Origin: Candidatus Eiseniibacteriota bacterium
Lineage (GTDB): Bacteria > Eisenbacteria > RBG-16-71-46 > JABDJR01 > JAWXBZ01
DNA: 17,835 nt
Assembly: GCA_034440375.1 (NCBI GenBank)
Contig: JAWXBZ010000017.1
Location: 1-17,835 of the forward strand
Direction of reading: 5' to 3'
Shown here one piece after another: positions 9,301-16,551 of this stretch. The first letter of the stretch is position 1, and every line of letters begins with the position of its first letter. The notes beneath the pieces were generated by a model, which saw nothing but the letters and a program-made list of their open reading frames with translations, ran no database searches and had not been told where the DNA came from. The translations under genes and the position numbers were made by a program.

Positions 9301-9792
9301 ATGGCCATGACCCTCACAACAATCAAGCCGGCCCGCGGGGCCGTGAAGAAGAGGAAGCGACTCGGTATCGGAACAGGTTCCGGTCACGGTGGCACCTCAA
9401 CGCGCGGCCACAAGGGTCTCAAGGCGCGTTCGGGCCCGAATATTCCGGCCTGGTTCGAGGGCGGGCAGATGCCGCTTCAGCGCCGTCTGCCGAAAATCGG
9501 GTTCACCAATATTTTTCGGGTCGAGTACCACACGATCAACGTGGGCGACCTGAACGAAACCACCATCGATGGCACCATCGACCTGGCCGGCCTCAAGAAG
9601 GTTGGCCGGCTCTCGGGGGGCATGAAACTGCTGAAGATCCTCGGCAATGGTGAACTGACCCGGGCCCTGACGATCCGGGCCGATGCCTTCACCCAGGGAG
9701 CACTCACCAAGATTCAGGCTTCCGGCGGGACCGTTCAGATCATCGAGAAACCCAAGCGTCCCAAGCGTTTCCCGAAGAAAGTGAAGGCCTGA
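9301..9792 (+). CDS. rplO: 50S ribosomal protein L15
   Basis: Motifs RLGIGTGSGHGGTSTRGHKG, FEGGQMPLQRRLPK.GF and KILGNGEL. Start could also be 9307. Confidence 0.98.
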   Translation: MAMTLTTIKPARGAVKKRKRLGIGTGSGHGGTSTRGHKGLKARSGPNIPAWFEGGQMPLQRRLPKIGFTNIFRVEYHTINVGDLNETTIDGTIDLAGLKKVGRLSGGMKLLKILGNGELTRALTIRADAFTQGALTKIQASGGTVQIIEKPKRPKRFPKKVKA

Positions 9793-9794
9793 TC

Positions 9795-11147
9795 GTGTTC
9801 GAGCGCATCGGGGAGTTCTTCACGAGCTTCCGCAATGCCCTGTCCATCCCGGAGCTGCGGAGACGGCTGATTTTCACCGGGTTGTTGCTGGTCGTCTACC
9901 GACTCGGCAGCCATATCCCGATTCCGGGCATCAACGGTGAGGCTCTTTCGGCGTTGGTGCGCGAAGCGGGTAACGGGGTATTCGGCCTCTACGACATGTT
10001 TGCCGGTGGCAACCTGTCCAAGGCCACGATCTTTGCCCTCGGCATCATGCCGTACATTTCGGCCTCCATCATCCTCCAGCTCTTCGGGGCGGTCATCCCG
10101 CATTTCGAGAAGCTGCAGAAGGAAGGGGAAGAAGGGCGCAAGAAAATCACCCAGTACACGCGCTGGGGCACCGTTTTCCTGGCGGCCATCGAGGCCTTCG
10201 GCGCCAGCATCTTCCTGCAAAGCTCCGGCTTCACCGGCCCGAACGGTGAACCGATCGTCACCCATACCGGCGTCGGCTTCATCATGATGACGGTCATCAC
10301 CCTGACCGCCGGCACGATGTTCGTGATGTGGCTCGGCGAACAGATCACCGAGCGTGGAATCGGCAACGGCATCTCCCTGATCATCTTCATCGGGATTATC
10401 GCCCGTTACCCGATCGACATCATGAATACGCTGCGTACCGAATCAGCCACCGGCTGGGATTTTCTGAAGATCGTCAAGCTGGGCATCATCCTGGCACTCA
10501 TGCTGGGCGTCATCATGGCCGTCATCCTGATCACCCAGGGGCAACGCAAGATCCCCGTCCAATACGCCAAGCGCATGGTGGGACGAAAGATGTACGGCGG
10601 GCAGAACACGCACATTCCGCTCCGGGTCAACACGGCCGGCGTCATGCCCATCATCTTTGCCCAGGCCCTCGTCTCGATTCCGGGCACCGTGGCCAGCTTC
10701 TTTCGAAGTAATGACTTCGCGGTCGGTATCGCGCAACTGTTTGCGCCAAGCCAGCCGTTGTACCTGGTTCTTTATGCCCTGGCCATCATCTTCTTCACCT
10801 ATTTCTATACCGCCATTGTCCTGAATCCTGTTGACCTGGCGGATAACATGCGCAAGTACGGCGGATTCGTGCCCGGTATTCGCCCGGGCAAGAAGACCGC
10901 GGAGTATATCGACCGCATCCTGACCCGGATCACCGTGCCGGGGGCGATTTTTCTGGCCTTCATCGCGGTGCTCCCGGACGTCATGATCAATCTGCTCCGG
11001 GTGCCGTTCTACTTCGGCGGCACCGGGCTGCTTATCGTCGTGGGCGTGGCCCTCGACACGCTGGCGCAGATCGAATCGCACATGTTGATGCGTCACTACG
11101 ACGGATTCATGAAGAAAGGGCGGCTCAAGGCCCGGTTTGGCCGATAG
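9795..11147 (+). CDS. secY: Preprotein translocase subunit SecY
   Basis: Motifs IFALGIMPYISASII.QL, WLGEQITERGIGNGISLIIF, GVMPIIFA, PGIRPG..T and FGGTGLLIVVGV. Multiple hydrophobic segments. Confidence 0.99.
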   Translation: MFERIGEFFTSFRNALSIPELRRRLIFTGLLLVVYRLGSHIPIPGINGEALSALVREAGNGVFGLYDMFAGGNLSKATIFALGIMPYISASIILQLFGAVIPHFEKLQKEGEEGRKKITQYTRWGTVFLAAIEAFGASIFLQSSGFTGPNGEPIVTHTGVGFIMMTVITLTAGTMFVMWLGEQITERGIGNGISLIIFIGIIARYPIDIMNTLRTESATGWDFLKIVKLGIILALMLGVIMAVILITQGQRKIPVQYAKRMVGRKMYGGQNTHIPLRVNTAGVMPIIFAQALVSIPGTVASFFRSNDFAVGIAQLFAPSQPLYLVLYALAIIFFTYFYTAIVLNPVDLADNMRKYGGFVPGIRPGKKTAEYIDRILTRITVPGAIFLAFIAVLPDVMINLLRVPFYFGGTGLLIVVGVALDTLAQIESHMLMRHYDGFMKKGRLKARFGR

Positions 11148-11163
11148 CCGTCTGTTTTAGTCA

Positions 11164-11808
11164 ATGATCATCGTGCTCCTGGGCCCGCCCGGGGTCGGCA
11201 AGGGGACGCAGGCCAGACATTTGGCCGAGCGTTTCGGGGTCGAACCGGTCGCCACCGGGGACATGATCAGGGCCGAGGTGGCCGGGAATACGCACCTCGG
11301 GCAGGAAGCCCGGTCGTACATTGACTCGGGAAATCTGGTGCCGGACGATGTGATTCTTCGCATGGTCGGGGAACGGATGAAGAACGGGACCAGCGGGGGG
11401 TTTCTCCTCGATGGCTTTCCGCGAACACTGGCTCAGGCCGAAGGGCTTGAGCGGATGCTTCTGGAGTACGGGCAACAGCTGGTCGGCGTGGTGTCGCTGG
11501 TGGTGCCCGAGGAATCCGTGGTGGAGCGCCTCAGCAGTCGGCGCGTCTGTCCGGTGTGCGGCCGGGTCTACAATCTGGCCACGCAGCCGCCCAGGACGCC
11601 CGGTCGTTGCGACGACCATGCCGGGTCGGAGTTGATTCTCCGCTCGGATGACGCACCGGATACGGTTCGTCACCGGTTTTCAGTTTATAACGCGCAGACT
11701 CGGCCGCTGGTCGACTGGTACCGGTCCAAGGGTCTCCTTTCGGAGGTCGACGGACTGGGTTCGGTCGATGACGTGCTGGGGCGGGTTGAAGCGGTGCTCC
11801 GGGCCTGA
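11164..11808 (+). CDS. adk: Adenylate kinase (long LID form)
   Basis: P-loop GPPGVGKGTQA, TGDMIR, GNLVPD, FLLDGFPRT and RSDD. LID contains CPVC...CDDH. Confidence 0.98.
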   Translation: MIIVLLGPPGVGKGTQARHLAERFGVEPVATGDMIRAEVAGNTHLGQEARSYIDSGNLVPDDVILRMVGERMKNGTSGGFLLDGFPRTLAQAEGLERMLLEYGQQLVGVVSLVVPEESVVERLSSRRVCPVCGRVYNLATQPPRTPGRCDDHAGSELILRSDDAPDTVRHRFSVYNAQTRPLVDWYRSKGLLSEVDGLGSVDDVLGRVEAVLRA

Positions 11809-11830
11809 TCGGCCGGAGGACGGGACTGAA

Positions 11831-12577
11831 ATGATCAGGATCAAAACGGCCAGCGAAATCGAATCCATGCGGGTGAGTGCGCGGCTGGTCAGCCGGACGC
11901 TGGACGAACTGACCGGCCATGTTGCGCCGGGGGTCACGACCCTCGAACTGGACAGGCTGGCCATGGAGTTCATACGAAAGAACGGCGGCACACCGTCGTT
12001 CCTCGGGTATCGCGGGTATCGTCACACGATCTGCGCCTCGGTCAACGAGGAGGTCGTTCACGGTATCCCGGGCAAGAGGACCCTCAAGGAGGGCGACATC
12101 ATTTCGGTCGATGTCGGCGTGCTGATGAATGGTTTTCACGGCGATTCCGCCCGAACATTCAAGGTCGGACGGGTGAGCCAGGAGGCGGAAAATCTCCTGG
12201 CCGTCACGCGGGAATCGCTGGTCAAGGGTATCGAGCAGGTCAGGGCAGGAAATCGCCTTGGCGATGTGTCGAGTTCCATCCAGGCGCATGTCGAAGCCCA
12301 GGGGCTCTCCATCGTGCGCAGCCTGGTGGGACACGGCATCGGCCGCGATCTGCACGAGGATCCGCAGATTCCCAACTTCGGGCAACCGGGGTCGGGGGTG
12401 GTGCTCAAGTCGGGCATGGTGTTTGCCATCGAACCGATGGTCAACATCGGCGGATACGAAGTGGAAACGCTGAAGGATGGTTGGACAGTCGTTTCGTCCG
12501 ACCGGTCGCTGGCGGCCCATTTCGAACACACGGTGGCGGTTACCGACAACGGGCCGGATATCCTGAGCCTGTCCTGA
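11831..12577 (+). CDS. map: Type I methionyl aminopeptidase
   Basis: Motifs [45 protein letters not shown] and AHFEHT. ATG 11831 after GGAGG. Confidence 0.98.
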   Translation: MIRIKTASEIESMRVSARLVSRTLDELTGHVAPGVTTLELDRLAMEFIRKNGGTPSFLGYRGYRHTICASVNEEVVHGIPGKRTLKEGDIISVDVGVLMNGFHGDSARTFKVGRVSQEAENLLAVTRESLVKGIEQVRAGNRLGDVSSSIQAHVEAQGLSIVRSLVGHGIGRDLHEDPQIPNFGQPGSGVVLKSGMVFAIEPMVNIGGYEVETLKDGWTVVSSDRSLAAHFEHTVAVTDNGPDILSLS

Positions 12578-12629
12578 AGGAACCGTATCGATCGGCGGGG
12601 CCATCGGCCCTTCCGGACAGAAAGAAGGA

Positions 12630-12848
12630 ATGAGCAAACAGGAAGGCGTCCAGGTCGAGGGAACGGTCATTGAACCGCTGCCCAACGCCATGTTCCGGGT
12701 CGAACTGGAAAACAAGCACGTTGTCCTGGCGCATATCTCGGGCAAGATGAGGATGAACTTCATCCGCATCCTTCCGGGCGACAAGGTGACGGTCGAATTG
12801 TCACCGTACGACCTGTCCCGCGGTCGAATCGTTTACCGATACAAATAG
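12630..12848 (+). CDS. infA: Translation initiation factor IF-1
   Basis: Motifs [14 protein letters not shown] and [32 protein letters not shown]. Confidence 0.99.
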   Translation: MSKQEGVQVEGTVIEPLPNAMFRVELENKHVVLAHISGKMRMNFIRILPGDKVTVELSPYDLSRGRIVYRYK

Positions 12849-12872
12849 CGCCGACCCGGCCGGAGAAGAGCA

Positions 12873-12986
12873 ATGAAAGTCAAAGCGTCCGTCAAGAAAA
12901 TCTGTGAACACTGCAAGCTCGTCAAGCGCCGGGGAATTATCCGGGTTATCTGCAAGAATCCACGTCACAAACAGCGTCAAGGATAA
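12873..12986 (+). CDS. rpmJ: 50S ribosomal protein L36 (zinc-binding C+ form); missing from the ORF track
   Basis: Translated by hand: [37 protein letters not shown] (37 aa, CxxC...C...H). SD GGAG upstream. Confidence 0.98.
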   Translation: MKVKASVKKICEHCKLVKRRGIIRVICKNPRHKQRQG

Positions 12987-12998
12987 GGGGAGAGGACC

Positions 12999-13376
12999 AT
13001 GGCTCGTATCGCCGGCGTCGATTTGCCGATGAACAAACGGGTGGAGGTGGCCCTCACCTACATCTACGGCATCGGACCAAACCTGTCGAGAAACATCGTC
13101 CGCGCCACTCATGTCAGCCCGGCCACACGGGTCAAGGATCTGACGGAGGAAGAGACCGGGCGCCTGCGCACCGAGATCGAGACGCGGTACCGTGTTGAAG
13201 GGCAGCTCCACACGGAAGTGGAGATGAACATCAAGCGTCTCAAGGACATCGGATCCTATCGCGGCCTGCGCCATCGCAAGGGGCTGCCGGTGCGCGGACA
13301 GCGCACGAAGACCAACGCCCGCACCCGCAAGGGTCCGAAGAAGACCATGGCCGGCAAGAAGAAGCCGACCAAGTAG
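12999..13376 (+). CDS. rpsM: 30S ribosomal protein S13
   Basis: Motifs [19 protein letters not shown] and [26 protein letters not shown]. Confidence 0.99.
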   Translation: MARIAGVDLPMNKRVEVALTYIYGIGPNLSRNIVRATHVSPATRVKDLTEEETGRLRTEIETRYRVEGQLHTEVEMNIKRLKDIGSYRGLRHRKGLPVRGQRTKTNARTRKGPKKTMAGKKKPTK

Positions 13377-13392
13377 GAATTGAGGAGGAATC

Positions 13393-13782
13393 GTGGCCAA
13401 GCCCAAGGAAAAACGAAAGAAGAAGGACAAGCGCGTCGGCATCAGCGGCGTGGCCCATATCAAGGCCACGTTCAACAACACCATCGTTTCCATCACCGAC
13501 GGTGAAGGCAACGTGATCTCCTGGGCCAGCGCCGGCAAGGTGCAGTTCAAGGGATCGCGCAAGTCGACCCCGTTCGCCGCCCAGGTGGCGGCTGAAAACG
13601 CGGCGCGCGAGGCCCTCGGCCTTGGCCTGCGCAAGGTGGAAGTACTGGTCAAGGGACCGGGTGCCGGCCGCGAGGCCGCCGTCCGAAGCCTTCAGGCGGC
13701 CGGACTGGAAATTCAGTCCATCCGCGACGTGACCCCTATTCCGCACAATGGATGCCGTCCGCCCAAGAAGCGGCGCGTTTAA
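13393..13782 (+). CDS. rpsK: 30S ribosomal protein S11
   Basis: Motifs [31 protein letters not shown] and [18 protein letters not shown]. Confidence 0.99.
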   Translation: MAKPKEKRKKKDKRVGISGVAHIKATFNNTIVSITDGEGNVISWASAGKVQFKGSRKSTPFAAQVAAENAAREALGLGLRKVEVLVKGPGAGREAAVRSLQAAGLEIQSIRDVTPIPHNGCRPPKKRRV

Positions 13783-13866
13783 CAGATAGATCAACGCCAC
13801 GGTCGTCGCCGACGACTTTGTTAGTTACTCTGCTCAAAGCCTGAGCGTCTGGAGGTGGTTCCAAAG

Positions 13867-14499
13867 ATGGCCCGTTATCGTGACGCGGTTTGCCGACTTT
13901 GCCGTCGGGAGGGTATGAAACTCTTCCTGAAGGGCGATCGTTGTCTGACCGACAAGTGTTCCATCGAGCGGCGCCAGTACGCTCCCGGCGATCATGGCCG
14001 CGACCGGCGCACCAAGCTCACCAACTACGGCGTCCAGCTGCGCGAAAAGCAGAAGGCCCGCCGAATCTACGGCATCATGGAAAAGCAGTTCCGCAACTAT
14101 TTCACCACGGCCGCCAGCTCCTCCGGCGTCACCGGCGAAACGTTGCTGCAGTTGCTCGAGGCACGCCTCGACAGCATCTTCTACCGGCTTGGATTTGCGG
14201 CCTCCCGTAACCAGTCCCGCCAGCTTGTCCGTCACCGTCACGTTACGGTCAACGGCCGGATCGTCGACATCCCCTCGTTCCGGGTCAAGCCGAACGACGT
14301 GGTGGCGGTCCGTGAGAAGAGCCGGCAGAGCGTGGTCATCCAGGCGGCCCTCGAGGGCGTCGGGCGTCGGGGCGAAACCCCGGATTGGCTCGAGGTCAAC
14401 GAGAAGACATTCTCCGGTCGGATGACGCGCATTCCCTCGCGTGATGGTATTCCAACGCAGGTTCAGGAAAACCTGATCGTCGAGCTTTACTCCAAGTAA
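13867..14499 (+). CDS. rpsD: 30S ribosomal protein S4 (four-Cys zinc-binding form)
   Basis: Motifs MARYRDAVCRLCRREGMKLFLKGDRC...KC, QLREKQK, LEARLD and LIVELYSK. ATG 13867 after SD GGAGGTG. Confidence 0.98.
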   Translation: MARYRDAVCRLCRREGMKLFLKGDRCLTDKCSIERRQYAPGDHGRDRRTKLTNYGVQLREKQKARRIYGIMEKQFRNYFTTAASSSGVTGETLLQLLEARLDSIFYRLGFAASRNQSRQLVRHRHVTVNGRIVDIPSFRVKPNDVVAVREKSRQSVVIQAALEGVGRRGETPDWLEVNEKTFSGRMTRIPSRDGIPTQVQENLIVELYSK

Positions 14500-14611
14500 C
14501 AGCGGCGACGGGCCGTTGATCTCCCGTCAATCAGCCATCGAATCACCAGCCCGGAGGCGCCGCGCCGTGGTGGCGAACGGCCCCGGGGAAGACGCCTGAG
14601 GAGGCGCCCTA

Positions 14612-15802
14612 ATGAAGTGGAAGACGCTCCAAATGCCGCGAGGCATTGAAATCGATTCATCCGTCAGCAACTCTCGCTACGGCAAGTTCATCATCGAGCC
14701 GCTCGAGCGCGGATTCGGCATGACCATCGGCAACTCCCTGCGCCGGGTCCTGCTCTCCTCGCTCCAGGGTGCGGCGATCACGTCGGTCAAGATCGACGGC
14801 GTGCTCCACGAGTTCACGACGATTCCGGGTGTTCTTGAGGATGTCACGGAAATCATCCTCAACCTGAAGCAGACGCGATACAAGCTGTACGCGGACTACC
14901 AGAGCCGCGCCCGCTTCAAGATCAACGGTCCGGCCGAGGTTCTGGCCGGCGATCTGGAGCATGGCCCGGAGGTCGAGGTCCTGAACCCCGACCAGCATAT
15001 CTGCACGGTCAACAAGGAAGGCAGCCTCCACATGGAGGTCGAGATCACCGCCGGCCGTGGCTATCTCTCGGGTGAGGTCGCCGTCGAGGAGGATCGCCCC
15101 ATCGGCGAAATCACGATCGACGCCCACTTCTCGCCCGTCAAGAAGGTCAACTTCTTCGTGGAAAACACCCGTATCGGTCAGCGCGTGGATTACGACCTGC
15201 TGACCGTCGAGGTGTGGACCGACGGCTCGATCCTGCCGCAGGACGCGGTGGCCTACTCGGCCAAGATCCTCCAGGAGCACTTTGCGCTCTTCGTGCAGTT
15301 CCAGGAGCCGATCGAGACCGACAAGGACGAGGTGGTCGATGTCGACATGGCCCGTATCCGCGACATGCTTCTCAAGAATGTCGAAGAGCTGGAACTGTCG
15401 GTTCGTTCGGCCAACTGCCTCCGTGCCGCCAACATTCGCTCCATCGGCGAACTGGTTCGCAAGCCCGAGGCGGAGATGCTCAAGTACCGCAATTTCGGCC
15501 GGAAGAGCCTCAAGGAGATCTCGGATCTCCTGACCGAAATGGGCCTCGGGTTCGGCATGGATGTCACGCCGTACCTGGGACCGCAGGCGCCGCTGCCACC
15601 GCCCCCGGCGGAGATCATGGGCGGCGATGATGAAGAGTATGACGATGACGACGATGATCTGGATGAAGAGGACGACGATCTCGAAGACGAAGACATCAAA
15701 GAGGTCGTGAAAATAGACAACGACGAAGATACCGCTCCGGTCGGCAATGGCTCTGATGATGAAGACGAAGCCGAGCCGACGGACGAAGACGACAAGAACT
15801 GA
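14612..15802 (+). CDS. rpoA: DNA-directed RNA polymerase subunit alpha with long acidic C-terminal tail
   Basis: Motifs EPLERGFG.T.GNSLRRVLLSSL.G.A, LHEF..IPGVLEDVTEIILNLK and WTDGSI.P. Alpha-CTD motif ELELSVRSANCL..NFGRKSLKEI. Confidence 0.99.
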   Translation: MKWKTLQMPRGIEIDSSVSNSRYGKFIIEPLERGFGMTIGNSLRRVLLSSLQGAAITSVKIDGVLHEFTTIPGVLEDVTEIILNLKQTRYKLYADYQSRARFKINGPAEVLAGDLEHGPEVEVLNPDQHICTVNKEGSLHMEVEITAGRGYLSGEVAVEEDRPIGEITIDAHFSPVKKVNFFVENTRIGQRVDYDLLTVEVWTDGSILPQDAVAYSAKILQEHFALFVQFQEPIETDKDEVVDVDMARIRDMLLKNVEELELSVRSANCLRAANIRSIGELVRKPEAEMLKYRNFGRKSLKEISDLLTEMGLGFGMDVTPYLGPQAPLPPPPAEIMGGDDEEYDDDDDDLDEEDDDLEDEDIKEVVKIDNDEDTAPVGNGSDDEDEAEPTDEDDKN

Positions 15803-15822
15803 GCGAAAGGTAGAGACGACCC

Positions 15823-16452
15823 ATGCGACACCGTCGAGACCATCGACACCTGAGCCGGACGGCCGAACATCGCCGGGCATTGCTCCGGAACCTGGTCACT
15901 GAACTCTTCCGCCACGAGCGGATCGAGACCTCGGTGGTCAAGGCCAAGGAAGCCCGCCGACTGGCCGAGCGGATGATTACATTCGCCAAGCGAGGCGATC
16001 TGGCGGCGCGCCGTCATGTGGCCACATACCTCTTCGATGAGACCGTCTTAACGAAACTCTTCGATACGATCGCGCCCTGGTACATGACCCGGAACGGCGG
16101 CTACACGCGGATTTTAAAGACGCGCCGCCGCCTGGGCGATGCCGGCGAAATGGGCATCTTCGAACTGGTCAAATCCAAGGAGCAGATGGAGGCCGAGCGC
16201 AAGGAAATGCTGGCCGCCGAAGTCGCCTCCAAGGAAGTCCAGAAGAAGAGCGCCAAGGGCAAGAAGGCCGCCGCGGACGAGGATGCCGAAGCCGAGGTGG
16301 AAGCCGCCCCGAAGAAGGGGAAGGCCTCGCGCGGCCCCAAAGGCACCAAGGAAGCTCGCACCAAGTCGATGCCCGGCAGCACACGCGGCAAGACCGGTGC
16401 CAGCCAGAAGGTGCAGAAGAAGGGCGCCAGCAAGGCCAGCAAGAAAGGCTAG
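15823..16452 (+). CDS. rplQ: 50S ribosomal protein L17 with long C-terminal extension
   Basis: Motifs MRHR....LSRT..HR.ALLRNL, HERIET...KAKE and [18 protein letters not shown]...ELV. Confidence 0.98.
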   Translation: MRHRRDHRHLSRTAEHRRALLRNLVTELFRHERIETSVVKAKEARRLAERMITFAKRGDLAARRHVATYLFDETVLTKLFDTIAPWYMTRNGGYTRILKTRRRLGDAGEMGIFELVKSKEQMEAERKEMLAAEVASKEVQKKSAKGKKAAADEDAEAEVEAAPKKGKASRGPKGTKEARTKSMPGSTRGKTGASQKVQKKGASKASKKG

Positions 16453-16472
16453 TGACCCGAAAAGTTAAATCC

Positions 16473-16512
16473 AAGGGGGGCCGGAACTTAAAACCGGCCC
16501 CCCTTTCGTTTT
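16473..16512 (+). terminator. Rho-independent terminator of the ribosomal protein cluster
   Basis: Perfect inverted repeat AAGGGGGGCCGG (16473-16484) / CCGGCCCCCCTT (16494-16505) with a 9-nt loop, followed by TCGTTTT. It starts 20 nt after the rplQ stop. Confidence 0.9.
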
Positions 16513-16539
16513 CCCCTGTTCAATTGGGCCGGGCCTGCC

Positions 16540-16545
16540 GATAAT
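16540..16545 (+). promoter_or_regulatory. Putative sigma70-type -10 element for a leaderless transcript
   Basis: GATAAT (5/6 match to TATAAT) in a GC-rich context, ending 6 nt before ATG 16552. No SD between them and no convincing -35. Confidence 0.5.
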
Positions 16546-16551
16546 CCGGGC

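Noticed and set aside
12578..12629. Small hairpin GGGCC-atc-GGCCC in the map-infA spacer
   Set aside because: It has a five-bp GC stem, no U tract and no clear promoter, so it is too weak to call.
11531..12784. 417-aa antisense ORF over adk-map-infA
   Set aside because: It fully overlaps conserved sense genes, has no domain signature, and stop-poor antisense frames are expected at this GC content.
7102..14518. The same stem CAGCGG/CCGTTG opens right after the stops of both rpsN (7102/7168) and rpsD (14500/14513)
   Set aside because: There are only two short GC-rich instances with very different interiors, so chance cannot be excluded without comparative data.
14657..15880. 407-aa antisense ORF over rpoA, and 15253..16017 with poly-Ser
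   Set aside because: These are shadow ORFs of a GC-rich, codon-biased gene. The poly-Ser and V/I/F runs are simply the reverse complement of the Asp/Glu codons, and there are no recognisable motifs.
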